Source: Escherichia phage vB_EcoP_EP32B. Taken from it: 64,000 nt of DNA. Made by a program: the position numbers and the translations under genes. The first letter of the stretch is position 1, and each line of letters starts with the position of its first letter. This document shows, in pieces, positions 19,970-29,263 of the stretch. The DNA lies in sequence record OR544955; one strand, given 5' to 3'. Under the pieces are notes generated by a model. The model was not told the origin of the DNA. It worked only from the letters and a program-made list of their open reading frames with translations, and did no database searches.

Positions 19970-20496
19970 GTCTTACTGCCGCCCATAACTATAAAGAACG
20001 TGGCATGGGTGTATTAGTTCTTAAACCGGCTATTGATACTCGCGATTCAAAAGGTGAAATAGTCTCTCGTATTGGTATTCGTCAGGACGCCAATATAATT
20101 ACAAAAGACATGGATATCTTTGAATTCTATAAATGGGCTGCAGCACAAAAGGATATTCATTGTGTATTTGTTGACGAAGCTCAGTTCTTAACTACTGAAA
20201 AGGTGTATCAACTTAGTCGTATTGTTGACGTATACAATGTGCCGGTAATGGCATATGGACTACGAACAGATTTTAAAGGTAATCTATTTGAAGGTTCTCA
20301 AGCATTAATGGCTATTGCCGATAAGCTTGTTGAACTTAAAGGTGTCTGTCATTGCGGTAAAAAGGCCACAATGGTAGCTAGAGTCACGGAAGACGGACTT
20401 CCAATTACAGATGGCAGTCAAATTGAAATTGGTGATACTGATAGATATGTGTCATTATGCCGGAAGCATTGGAATGATTTGACAGGGTTGTTATAA
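19960..20496 (+). CDS. tk: thymidine kinase homolog lacking the N-terminal P-loop (probable remnant)
   Basis: MVMSLTAAHNYKERGMGVLVLKPAIDTRD... aligns with TK1-family Tk from just after the GKS Walker A; in-frame stop 19924-19926 upstream. Confidence 0.7.
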   Translation: MVMSLTAAHNYKERGMGVLVLKPAIDTRDSKGEIVSRIGIRQDANIITKDMDIFEFYKWAAAQKDIHCVFVDEAQFLTTEKVYQLSRIVDVYNVPVMAYGLRTDFKGNLFEGSQALMAIADKLVELKGVCHCGKKATMVARVTEDGLPITDGSQIEIGDTDRYVSLCRKHWNDLTGLL

Positions 20497-20523
20497 ATAC
20501 TAATATCTAACCAAGAGGTATAT

Positions 20524-20736
20524 ATGCAGCAATTAAACGAAAGACAACTTCGTAATCTTACTGTAACCCAATTGGATGAAATCCGAAGAGAATTAGGACA
20601 TTCTATTTCTCATTTAAACGAGGATATCCGTCAAACTGGTTCTAAAGCTGATTATACACGCAAGCGCAAGCTGGAAAAATACCTCACAGATGTTAAGGCC
20701 GTCCAAAGGCGAAAAATAAATACTGGCCAAAATTAA
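20524..20736 (+). CDS. hypothetical basic protein (70 aa)
   Basis: ORF with Shine-Dalgarno GAGG. Confidence 0.5.
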   Translation: MQQLNERQLRNLTVTQLDEIRRELGHSISHLNEDIRQTGSKADYTRKRKLEKYLTDVKAVQRRKINTGQN

Positions 20737-20748
20737 CAGGAGGCCTAT

Positions 20749-21051
20749 ATGGCCTTAAGAGCGATAGCTGTCATGGCGATGCTGGGGTTTTTTGCAGCAA
20801 CAACTCCTATCGTTGGTACTGCATATACCGACCCATATTTTGACAACTTTATGGAATCAGGGATTAAAAACGTATATACTTTGTTTGAAATTCAAAATGT
20901 CGAGAATTCTGAAAAATTCTATAAGTATATGGCAAAGCATTACAAAAATAGCCCCTGTGATGATGCATTTGAATGTCATGAACAAGGCATAAAAACTGCC
21001 AGACAATTTGCCGAGTTCATGAAAATAAAATTAGAGCCTACATCTATCTAA
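20749..21051 (+). CDS. rI: lysis inhibition regulator rI
   Basis: MALRAIAVMAMLGFFAATTPIVGTAYTDPYFDNFMESGI...KIKLE matches recalled T4 RI; N-terminal signal-anchor. Confidence 0.85.
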   Translation: MALRAIAVMAMLGFFAATTPIVGTAYTDPYFDNFMESGIKNVYTLFEIQNVENSEKFYKYMAKHYKNSPCDDAFECHEQGIKTARQFAEFMKIKLEPTSI

Positions 21052-21058
21052 TTTACTA

Positions 21059-21085
21059 GCCCCTTCCTTACGGTTGGGGCTTTTT
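21059..21085 (+). terminator. rho-independent terminator after rI
   Basis: GCCCC-TTCCTTACGGTT-GGGGC stem-loop followed by TTTTT. Confidence 0.6.
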
Positions 21086-21096
21086 GGCATCTATCA

Positions 21097-21146
21097 GTTT
21101 ACTTCTCCTCAGGTTGTGTTATAGTAGACCTTACTTACTAGAGGAG
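21097..21146 (+). promoter_or_regulatory. early promoter in inverted repeat (PeSL-like)
   Basis: GTTTAC, arms CTCCTC / GAGGAG around GTTATAGTAG. Confidence 0.45.
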
Positions 21147-21152
21147 AACGTT

Positions 21153-21332
21153 ATGTCACGTAAAGAAAAAATTTCTAAGTTGATGTTTTTGATTGAAGAG
21201 TATGCTAATGCGGTGTCTGATTGGGAAAATGCTCATGGGTGCGAAGATGGAGACATCGACATTAACAGAGCTATGAAAAAGATGGCTGATACTCACACCG
21301 AATTGCAAATGTATGTTAACGAGATTATGTGA
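21153..21332 (+). CDS. hypothetical protein (59 aa)
   Basis: ORF 21084..21332, start MSRKEKISKL after the promoter hairpin. Confidence 0.5.
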   Translation: MSRKEKISKLMFLIEEYANAVSDWENAHGCEDGDIDINRAMKKMADTHTELQMYVNEIM

Positions 21333-21339
21333 GGACATT

Positions 21340-21546
21340 ATGCTTTACGATTATACTGGAAAATCTGAAGACGGTGTACTTGAACTTTTACCTGAAAGCG
21401 CTGAAGACGATGATATGGTGGTGATGTTTTGTAAAAATGGCCCTGGGGATAAGGGATGGATTTATCTTCGCCAAGAAAATGACTTAATTGTTTTGGACCC
21501 TAAACAAGTTGAAGAACTTTATCAACATTTAAAACACAATCGGTAG
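21340..21546 (+). CDS. hypothetical acidic protein (68 aa)
   Basis: ATG preceded by GAGGAC. Confidence 0.5.
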   Translation: MLYDYTGKSEDGVLELLPESAEDDDMVVMFCKNGPGDKGWIYLRQENDLIVLDPKQVEELYQHLKHNR

Positions 21547-21590
21547 TTTACGTCTTGGTAGGACTATGATATAGTAATCCTACCAAAACA
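21546..21590 (+). promoter_or_regulatory. early promoter in inverted repeat (PeSL-like)
   Basis: GTTTAC, inverted repeat TTGGTAGGA...TCCTACCAA around TGATATAGT, then AAATGGAG. Confidence 0.45.
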
Positions 21591-21603
21591 AATGGAGAAC
21601 AAA

Positions 21604-21714
21604 ATGAAACTTTTGCTTATCGCTTATGTTGTAGTACAATACAATTATCCGATGTTTACTTATAACATGGTAAACGGCATAGTGAATCTTATTGAAACGA
21701 GTATGGTAAAATGA
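21604..21714 (+). CDS. small hydrophobic peptide (36 aa)
   Basis: ATG right after the PeSL with GGAGA Shine-Dalgarno; below track length cutoff. Confidence 0.35.
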   Translation: MKLLLIAYVVVQYNYPMFTYNMVNGIVNLIETSMVK

Positions 21715-21891
21715 CCCGTGAACAAGCTAATAAATTGATGGACCTTATCCGTGACTTACGTGAAGCCGATTCAGATTTGAGTGATGTAGCTTATCATGCG
21801 GTAAATGATAACGGAGACTTTTATGAAAATCAGGTTGATGCTTGCCAGAATGCTTTGGTGAATTTTGTTGAAACTTTAATTGGTGAATAAT
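21712..21891 (+). CDS. hypothetical protein (59 aa)
   Basis: MTREQANKLMDLIRDLREADSDL...; ATGA overlap with previous small ORF. Confidence 0.4.
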
Positions 21892-22422
21892 ATGAAAACT
21901 GTAATTGAAACAACCGAGTTGTTTGGTGATTTATGTATCGAAAAACGTGGTTATGTGTATGTTCTGACACAAGAAGATGATGCTGCTACTATTCTTCCTA
22001 TGGAACTGGACAAGATTTTGAAACTCAATCCGCCAGGCCATGCATCTGTAATTAACATCGATGAAGACCTTCAAGTTCGTTTTTATCACGGTCTTTATAG
22101 TGGGGTTAATATCGAAACTGAAGACGAATGTTTTTCTATCAATAATTGGAAAACATTCGTCACTAAGGTGAAAGAATTAATGGAATCTGAAACAGCCAAA
22201 AAGGCCAAACTTCAATGGGCTAAATGCCGTAATGCTTTTATTACAAATCAGGACCGCCCTGACTATACAACGGTCCTAGGCGTTAATCCTTCTTATGAAG
22301 ATGGTGATGTCGTAGTTATTCGTCAAATTGATGACCTTCGTCAACATATCGTTACATTAGACAAAGATGAAGCAGTTGCTCTTAAAGCTTATCTTGATTC
22401 TATTATACCGACTTTGAAATAA
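21892..22422 (+). CDS. hypothetical protein (176 aa)
   Basis: ORF 21880..22422, start MKTVIETTELFG. Confidence 0.6.
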   Translation: MKTVIETTELFGDLCIEKRGYVYVLTQEDDAATILPMELDKILKLNPPGHASVINIDEDLQVRFYHGLYSGVNIETEDECFSINNWKTFVTKVKELMESETAKKAKLQWAKCRNAFITNQDRPDYTTVLGVNPSYEDGDVVVIRQIDDLRQHIVTLDKDEAVALKAYLDSIIPTLK

Positions 22423-22431
22423 GGAATTATT

Positions 22432-22905
22432 ATGATTATCAATGAAAACTCTTGGCACTTTAAAATTTATGCCGCGTTTAATAGTACATGGAATCGCCCG
22501 AAAACGTTGTGTGCTTATTTTTGGAAAACGTTAATCCCGGTATTGGCTGTTTCAATTATTGGATTTGCGATTTTAGCAGCAGTCGTAATCATTGGCCAGG
22601 AAATTTTAACTAAATTCTTTGTTTTTAGTAGTCTATGGACATTAGTTCCGGCCTCAATTGGCGTAGGCATTTTAATGGTAGCAGTCATGGCTTTTATTGC
22701 TACCGGGTTGGTAATTGGTCCGTCTTGGTTGTTAGACAAATATAACGACAGAAAATATTATAAAGAAATCGAGCTCATTGCACAAAACCAAGAACGAATT
22801 AAAAATGGACTTGAACCTATTGAACGTAAGAAATCATTAATAGGTGAATACCTTAAAGCTCGTAAAGAAAAAATCTGTCCTACTCTTGAATATAAGGCTA
22901 AATGA
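22432..22905 (+). CDS. membrane protein (157 aa)
   Basis: three hydrophobic segments followed by a basic C-terminal tail. Confidence 0.6.
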   Translation: MIINENSWHFKIYAAFNSTWNRPKTLCAYFWKTLIPVLAVSIIGFAILAAVVIIGQEILTKFFVFSSLWTLVPASIGVGILMVAVMAFIATGLVIGPSWLLDKYNDRKYYKEIELIAQNQERIKNGLEPIERKKSLIGEYLKARKEKICPTLEYKAK

Positions 22906-23891
22906 TGAAAACAATTATGAAAGGCTACTTTGGTAGCCACCTTTATGGAACGTCTACTCCTGAATCTGACGTCGATTTTAAAGAAATTTATGTCCCTCAT
23001 GCTCGTGATATCTTGACCGGTAACGTTAAAGAACACATGAGCAAGAACACGAATAACACATCTTCTAAGAACACAAAAGACGACGTGGACCATGAGTTGT
23101 ATAGTCTCAAATATTTCTTTAAACTAGCTGCGGATGGTGAAACCGTCGCATTAGATATGCTTCACACTCCACCAAGTTTAGTAGTTAAATCTGATTTGCC
23201 TGATGTATGGAAGTATATTCAAGATAACAGGTCTCGTTTCTATACCACTAACATGAAATCTTATTTAGGGTATGTCCGTAAGCAAGCTTCTAAATATGGT
23301 GTCAAGGGTTCTCGACTGGCTGTTCTTCGTCAAGCCCTTAAACGTTCTAATGAATGGGGACAATACTTTGATAATGGTGCAGTAATTCGTTTATCACATA
23401 TGAAGAATGTTCTGCCTGTAGGTGAATTTGCTTCGTGGGTTGAAACTGAAAACGAGAAAACAGGTAAGCAAACATTCTATAATCTGTTAGACCGTAAATT
23501 CCAAGACACATTAACTAATAAAGAGTTCAATGCCATCCTGGTTAAACTGGAAGAGAACTATGGTGAACGTGCTCGTAAGGCAGAAGCTAACGAAGGTATT
23601 GACTGGAAAGCATTGAGTCATGCATGTCGTGGTGGACTTCAATTATTAGAAATTTACAAAACAGGCGATCTGGTTTACCCACTTCAGGATGCTCCATTTA
23701 TTCTCGATGTTAAGCTTGGTAAACATACGTTTAAAACTGTACAAGAATTCCTAGAAGATATCGTTGACCAAGTTGAACATGCGTCAGAACAAGCTGCCAA
23801 GAACGGTATGCAACAAAAAGTAGATATGAGTTTCTGGGATGACTTCCTTGAACAAGTCTATCTCGAAAATCATAATTCTTACTATAAATAA
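22902..23891 (+). CDS. putative Pol-beta-type nucleotidyltransferase-fold protein
   Basis: N-terminus MKGYFGSHLYGTSTPESDVDFKEIYV fits the GS-x(n)-DxD minimal nucleotidyltransferase signature; 329 aa. Confidence 0.6.
   Translation: MMKTIMKGYFGSHLYGTSTPESDVDFKEIYVPHARDILTGNVKEHMSKNTNNTSSKNTKDDVDHELYSLKYFFKLAADGETVALDMLHTPPSLVVKSDLPDVWKYIQDNRSRFYTTNMKSYLGYVRKQASKYGVKGSRLAVLRQALKRSNEWGQYFDNGAVIRLSHMKNVLPVGEFASWVETENEKTGKQTFYNLLDRKFQDTLTNKEFNAILVKLEENYGERARKAEANEGIDWKALSHACRGGLQLLEIYKTGDLVYPLQDAPFILDVKLGKHTFKTVQEFLEDIVDQVEHASEQAAKNGMQQKVDMSFWDDFLEQVYLENHNSYYK
23884..23891 (+). promoter_or_regulatory. late promoter TATAAATA
   Basis: exact TATAAATA about 32 bp before ATG 23923. Confidence 0.4.
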
Positions 23892-23922
23892 GTAGATAAA
23901 TAACCATTAACTTGAGGTAAAT

Positions 23923-24204
23923 ATGAAAAAATTAGTAATTGGTTTATTCGCAGTAATGATGGCATTCTCTGTTGGTGCTACCACGGGTGCTGCTGGCGGT
24001 AGTGCAGGAGCTGGTGGTAACCAGTCTTCTGGGCCTTCTAATGGTTCGGTAAATGCATCACATTCTCAGGGTATTGAGAACATTAGATCAAGCTATATTA
24101 ATAGCACGGCCGGACAAGCAACTGAAGCATGGTCAAAGGGCCGAGTAGTTACTCGCTCCGTATTCTGTGATATGCCTAATTATGTTGCTAAGTGCGATAA
24201 GTAA
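23923..24204 (+). CDS. secreted Gly/Ser-rich protein (93 aa)
   Basis: signal peptide MKKLVIGLFAVMMAFSVGA, low-complexity Gly-rich region, two Cys near C-terminus. Confidence 0.6.
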   Translation: MKKLVIGLFAVMMAFSVGATTGAAGGSAGAGGNQSSGPSNGSVNASHSQGIENIRSSYINSTAGQATEAWSKGRVVTRSVFCDMPNYVAKCDK

Positions 24205-24207
24205 ATG

Positions 24208-24232
24208 TGGGGACCTTCGGGTCCCTTTAGGG
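24208..24232 (+). terminator. UUCG-tetraloop hairpin terminator
   Basis: GGGGACC-TTCG-GGTCCC followed by TTT. Confidence 0.55.
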
Positions 24233-24256
24233 GGTCAAAATATTTTTAAAAAGTAG

Positions 24257-24296
24257 TGTACATGCTTTTAGGATATGTTATTATAGACCTATCGAA
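24257..24296 (+). promoter_or_regulatory. early promoter (PeSL-like)
   Basis: GTGTAC -35 variant, -10-like TTATTATAGACCTATC. Confidence 0.4.
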
Positions 24297-24322
24297 ACGA
24301 AATGAGTAAATTGGAGAATAAA

Positions 24323-25303
24323 ATGTTCAACGTTCAAATCAAAAAAGGTATCTATCGTAATAACGAAATCTCTGGTTCTTATGTTGCCACAAAGACCTGG
24401 TTCCCGGCAAAGCTTAATCCTGAATGTTCCCACTTAGGTGATGGTAAAATTTTCGTTATGATTGATGGTTCTGAACGTGGAGTATGGGTCTTCAAATCAG
24501 ACATCGTAATGGAAGGAGTTGAGACATCACCGGTTGCAGTTGTTGAAAGCACTGAAGATATGAAAACTCGTATCAACAAACGCTTTAAAGTAATGAACAT
24601 GATGACGAATGGCATTATCGATGGTAAAATTCGTTCACTCATTATTTCAGGTGCAGCTGGTATTGGTAAGACGTATTCTCTGGATAAAGCACTTAATAAC
24701 GCTAATGATAATGGTTTCATCAAATACAAAAGCATTAATGGTAAAATCTCCGGTATTGGCCTTTACGAACAACTTTGGCTCAACCGTGATGCAGACAGCG
24801 TTCTCTTAATCGACGACGTTTACGTATTCTCGGATATGGACATCTTGAACCTTCTTAAAGCAGCATTAGATACTGGAGATAAACGCAAAGTTTGCTGGAG
24901 CACGGCGTCATCTTATCTCGATGATAAGGGTATTGATAAAGAATTTGAGTTTGAAGGTACTATCGTTTTCATTACAAACGTTGATATCGATAAAGAGTTA
25001 GAACGCGGTTCGAAACTTGCTCCGCACCTTCAAGCTTTAGTATCTCGTTCAGTGTATCTCGACCTTGGAGTACACTCTAATGAAGAGATTATGGTTCGAG
25101 TTGAAGATGTAATATTATCTACTGACATGATGCAGAAACGTGGTCTGACGGATGCAGAAACGTATAAAGCATTGTCCTGGATGAAGGCTAACGTATCTCG
25201 TCTTCGCAATGTATCATTACGTACGGCTCTTTATGTAGCAGATTTTATTTCAACTGATAAAGATGGTTGGGAGGAAATCTCCGAAGTAACTTTACTGAAA
25301 TAA
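24323..25303 (+). CDS. P-loop ATPase with N-terminal extra domain
   Basis: Walker A GAAGIGKT, Walker B VLLIDDV; ORF 24302..25303 with start MFNVQ after GGAGAATAAA. Confidence 0.65.
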   Translation: MFNVQIKKGIYRNNEISGSYVATKTWFPAKLNPECSHLGDGKIFVMIDGSERGVWVFKSDIVMEGVETSPVAVVESTEDMKTRINKRFKVMNMMTNGIIDGKIRSLIISGAAGIGKTYSLDKALNNANDNGFIKYKSINGKISGIGLYEQLWLNRDADSVLLIDDVYVFSDMDILNLLKAALDTGDKRKVCWSTASSYLDDKGIDKEFEFEGTIVFITNVDIDKELERGSKLAPHLQALVSRSVYLDLGVHSNEEIMVRVEDVILSTDMMQKRGLTDAETYKALSWMKANVSRLRNVSLRTALYVADFISTDKDGWEEISEVTLLK

Positions 25304-25441
25304 GCTTATAGGAAGTTCTGAGGTAACAAAAGCCATAAAGATGAATAATCATATGGCTTACCTCAAAGAAGGACACCAGGAACCTACTGAGGGCATAGAA
25401 ATATTTAAAAATAATGTTGTACAAATCAAAGAGGCTATGTT

Positions 25442-25729
25442 ATGGATTTTATGCAAAAAATTAAAGCCGCAGTCGAACTGTATGCTCATCGTATGGTTAG
25501 TTCTACAATGCAATATAGCGAGGAGGTTCGCCAGGACTCTTCCTTGAAAGGAAAAACTAAAGCCTTAATTACCTTAGACCGTTTGCAAAAGAATGTCATA
25601 GAGATGCTCCAGTACGACAAGGGTGTATATAAGAAAGAACAGGAAGAGAAACTTAAATCTGAAAAATTACAAAAAATCCCGAAGTCGGTTTGGTTCAGTG
25701 GAAAAAATACCGAAAAAAGTTTCTTTTAG
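25442..25729 (+). CDS. hypothetical protein (95 aa)
   Basis: ATG preceded by AAAGAGG; overlapping ORF 25341..25547 judged less likely. Confidence 0.45.
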   Translation: MDFMQKIKAAVELYAHRMVSSTMQYSEEVRQDSSLKGKTKALITLDRLQKNVIEMLQYDKGVYKKEQEEKLKSEKLQKIPKSVWFSGKNTEKSFF

Positions 25730-25731
25730 TT

Positions 25732-25780
25732 GTTTACAAGGTCTATGTTTATGTTATTATAGACCTATCAACTACTGGAG
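25732..25780 (+). promoter_or_regulatory. early promoter in inverted repeat (PeSL-like)
   Basis: GTTTAC, inverted repeat AGGTCTAT...ATAGACCT around GTTATTATAG, then ACTGGAGG. Confidence 0.45.
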
Positions 25781-25787
25781 GTAAAAC

Positions 25788-26315
25788 ATGAACGCTAAAG
25801 ATATTTTCAACCTGGTAAATTATAACGACGGTAAATTTAAATCCGAAGCACAAAGCAAGTTCTTTAATGACGTTGCTTATGGTAACGAGATTACTGTGGA
25901 CGGAGGTCAGATTTTCAAATCTCGCTGGAATTGGATTGTTATCATCGATTCAGTTGGAATTGTGGAAGTCTACAAAAACACTAACAAAAAACGTACATTA
26001 TTCTGGTCTCGTGAAACTAACGAGCAGTACAAAAAGGATAAAGCATCTCGTTTATCCAAAGTAACCCAGGAAGATATCGAGTTTATCAAGAAAGATATCG
26101 AGATGTACGAAAATTTAATCGCTGAAGACCAGGCAGTACTCGATAAGTTTGATGAAATTAAAGCTTCTCGTGAAATCCCTGACTTCATGAAAGAAACAGT
26201 AAACGAACGATACGCTCTCACTTCAGAACGTATTGCAAACTATACAAAACAGAAATCAGAACGTATTAGTACTCTTCGGAAATTTGAAGAACGTTTAAAG
26301 ACGGTTCACGCATAA
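25788..26315 (+). CDS. hypothetical protein (175 aa)
   Basis: ORF after promoter hairpin. Confidence 0.6.
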   Translation: MNAKDIFNLVNYNDGKFKSEAQSKFFNDVAYGNEITVDGGQIFKSRWNWIVIIDSVGIVEVYKNTNKKRTLFWSRETNEQYKKDKASRLSKVTQEDIEFIKKDIEMYENLIAEDQAVLDKFDEIKASREIPDFMKETVNERYALTSERIANYTKQKSERISTLRKFEERLKTVHA

Positions 26316-26377
26316 ACGCTTTACCCAAGGACGGGTTATAATGGTTTTGAGTTCCAATTCAATCTGAGGAAATAGTT

Positions 26378-27373
26378 ATGAGCATTACATCTGATGCTGT
26401 AAAACATGAAATTAACGGTTTATGTGCTTCACAGATTAAAGTGTGGTTTAAAGACCATAACGATCGCAGAGCACTTAATTATGAGCAAATTGCTATCCAA
26501 GTTCATCAATTACTGACTAGTAAATTTGATTTTCATATGCCGTCTGAAATCTATACTAATCTACCGCGAGCGCTTATTAAAGCGTGTAAAGGTTACGGAA
26601 AATCAATGGCTGATGGAATCTTCAGCGCGCTGAATAAACTTAACGTTCTGTCGATGATTAACTCTAACAACATCCTGCGTAATCTAGGACGTACTGATTT
26701 GTTCGGTCGTGAACAGTGTAAAATGCCTTTGAAATGGATTGTTGCTCATCTTAACGAGAACCAAACACGTTTTATGGCCGTATCAGCACGCTTACAAATG
26801 GGCCTAGATCGTCAGATGAACTTTAAAACTCATCCACGTTATTCAGGTTCAACAGACTTTTATAAATGTGAGCTTCAAAAGGTCGGTGGCAAAACCGTCT
26901 TAGTAGTTCGTGTAACGTTTGAAGGACGACGTCAAGGATATTTTGACCTAATCGGCTCTGGTCTTAAACATTGTGGATTTATTGACGAAGTTGATATCAA
27001 GCGAGACGGCATTGGATACCGTATTGGATATGTTTGTACTCTTAAAGAAGAGATTTCAGGACCAGCACCAGGACTAAAAGACGTTAGATATAAAGACGAG
27101 CTCATTGAAGAAATAAAAGAAGTTGAATATGATATCAACCAAGAAGATGCTCTTAAAGACCTTATTGATGAACTAAACCAAGACGTTATTCCGGTTCAGA
27201 AATTTGAATCAAAACACGCTGAGCAAATCAAATACTTTGAAGCTTTGATTAACGAACTTAATGTAACTATTCAACAAACTGATGATGAAATCTCACGATT
27301 AGCAGGCTTAAACGGTAAAAATAAAACAGAACGAGCTAATCTTATTCAGGTAGTAAAACTTCTTAAGGAATGA
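26378..27373 (+). CDS. hypothetical protein with C-terminal coiled coil (331 aa)
   Basis: preceded by GCTTTAC / GTTATAATG promoter-like pair and GAGG. Confidence 0.6.
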   Translation: MSITSDAVKHEINGLCASQIKVWFKDHNDRRALNYEQIAIQVHQLLTSKFDFHMPSEIYTNLPRALIKACKGYGKSMADGIFSALNKLNVLSMINSNNILRNLGRTDLFGREQCKMPLKWIVAHLNENQTRFMAVSARLQMGLDRQMNFKTHPRYSGSTDFYKCELQKVGGKTVLVVRVTFEGRRQGYFDLIGSGLKHCGFIDEVDIKRDGIGYRIGYVCTLKEEISGPAPGLKDVRYKDELIEEIKEVEYDINQEDALKDLIDELNQDVIPVQKFESKHAEQIKYFEALINELNVTIQQTDDEISRLAGLNGKNKTERANLIQVVKLLKE

Positions 27374-27402
27374 TGTACAACCAAGGATGGTTGGAGTATA
27401 AT
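27371..27402 (+). promoter_or_regulatory. early promoter; first copy of a 27-bp direct repeat
   Basis: TACAACCAAGGATGGTTGGAGTATAAT at 27376-27402, -10 TATAAT. Confidence 0.45.
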
Positions 27403-27428
27403 AAATTTTTCAACATGAGGAATATAAA

Positions 27429-28250
27429 ATGGCTTTTATTACACGTAGAGAACTTATCAAAGAATTTACCTCGAACGCATATACTCCAGGACCTAATCCT
27501 ATCCGTATGCCTGTAAAGACTCCTGAAGAGATTGAGGAAATCTGTTCATATTATGGGATTACTTCTCGTAAGTTTACTCAATTTGAATGCGTTACTAACA
27601 CACCCGTTAAAGAGTTCATTAAAAATGGTGAGTTCAGCCGTTTATTAGCCAAACAGAAACTTCGTAATTTTTGTATTGGCGGTGAAGGACAATATTTCGC
27701 TAAGCAGTTTCGGAATAACCTTAACAATCTGATGGCCATTGCTTCTCGTATTCGTCCTCAAGCAATTAATATGAAACATTTGAAATATACTTACGATAAG
27801 TTGGAAATCATGGTTATCAGTGAGAATGAGTTCACTCTCACGTATAAACCTAAGAATGATAACGTTGCTCGTGTATTCCACCAAGCGTTGGAAGTGTTAG
27901 GTGATAATATTCACCAGATTAAAGCAATTTATTCTCGTGAGCTTAATATTATCAACCCTATCAAGAATAAGGGCCATATCGCTATCCAGGCTCGTGTATC
28001 TATTGGTAAAAAGGTTCCTGCGCCATGGTGGCACAAAGACTCCGAATATTATCAAAATCTTAAAAAGGAAAATGCACTAATGACCTTCTTCCGGCCGAAG
28101 ATTACCATTACAATCAAATCAAGGCCACTATGGACCAACTGTCTGTTGAACTTGACAAAGCACAAGCTAAGCTTCGTGATGCTCAAAGTGTTGTAACGAA
28201 TCTCCAGTTGCAGTACTCTAAACTTTTTAACGCAATGAATGCATTAAAAT
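27429..28250 (+). CDS. hypothetical protein, apparently frameshifted near its 3-prime end
   Basis: 255-codon ORF 27429..28196 ends in an implausible hydrophobic tail while the +2 frame encodes a coiled-coil C-terminus MDQLSVELDKAQAKLRDAQSVV...NALKS ending about 28250. Confidence 0.5.
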
Positions 28251-28257
28251 CATAAAT

Positions 28258-28289
28258 CAGTTTACAACCAAGGATGGTTGGAGTATAAT
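28258..28289 (+). promoter_or_regulatory. early promoter; second copy of the 27-bp direct repeat
   Basis: GTTTAC plus identical TACAACCAAGGATGGTTGGAGTATAAT at 28263-28289. Confidence 0.45.
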
Positions 28290-28318
28290 GAAATCTATCT
28301 TAACGAGAGGAAAATATT

Positions 28319-29263
28319 ATGACACGTTCACATTACGTTGATTATTTTGCAGGTCTTATCGCTAACGTTCATGCCCAACGTGCTTCTGGTGCACTAGGAT
28401 TTGATGTTCCACACCGAGATGTAGTAAGTGGCATTCTTCGAGATTTTGGTACATACACAGGTCAAGAAAATCATATCTGTAAAGATACTCAGAATGCGTA
28501 TTCTCATTCATTAGGGACGCTGCTTCAATGGTTTAAACGTTCTCGTTTATTATCTTCTACTGTGGCTCGTGATAACATTAAAAACTTTATGAAGCCGAGC
28601 TTTATTAAATCTGTGACATCTAAAACCGATTTGGTTGAATTCACTATTGTTAATGATGTTAAAAAGGCTCATTTGGCTGATTGGTTCTCTACCATTCCTG
28701 AAACTAAATTTGCTGATAAATTTGCTTGTGAATTCAATAACCAAGTGAATATGCTTTTTAAACATTCACGTAAATTATTCACTGGCGGCGATGGCCGTAC
28801 AAATAAAGTTCATGTTAAAGATTGGGTTACTGCAGTATTCAAACCAACTGGTAATGGTAACGCATCGTTATCAATTGATATCCAGGTTCCTTATTATTAC
28901 TCACGTAATCTCGGTACCATGAAAGCCGAAGAAATTAATAAGCGCAACAAAACCATTCGTTCTCTGTCTTATAAACTTCGCATGATGTTACAGACTATGG
29001 ATGTTGTTGAAATGTTCGACGAAACCGAAGATAACGGTTCAATGTTATTCAGTTCTCGAATTAAAATTAAACTGAAGAACCCTAATGTGTTTAAGCCTAT
29101 TAAAGAACCTAAAGCAGAAAAGGTCGATATCATGGCCGAAGAACGCGAATATCTCAAATCTCGTCTGAAAGAAGTCGAAGCCCAGATTGCAGAACAAACT
29201 AAATCGTTAAAAGCTCTGAATGCGAAAGCGGACGGTTTACGAAATGCCATTGAGGTGTTATAA
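28319..29263 (+). CDS. hypothetical protein with C-terminal coiled coil (314 aa)
   Basis: ORF with GAGAGG Shine-Dalgarno. Confidence 0.6.
   Translation: MTRSHYVDYFAGLIANVHAQRASGALGFDVPHRDVVSGILRDFGTYTGQENHICKDTQNAYSHSLGTLLQWFKRSRLLSSTVARDNIKNFMKPSFIKSVTSKTDLVEFTIVNDVKKAHLADWFSTIPETKFADKFACEFNNQVNMLFKHSRKLFTGGDGRTNKVHVKDWVTAVFKPTGNGNASLSIDIQVPYYYSRNLGTMKAEEINKRNKTIRSLSYKLRMMLQTMDVVEMFDETEDNGSMLFSSRIKIKLKNPNVFKPIKEPKAEKVDIMAEEREYLKSRLKEVEAQIAEQTKSLKALNAKADGLRNAIEVL

Noticed and set aside
25341-25547. 68-aa ORF overlapping the 25442..25729 ORF
   Set aside because: No Shine-Dalgarno sequence and hydrophobic low-complexity translation; the overlapping ORF with AAAGAGG upstream is preferred.
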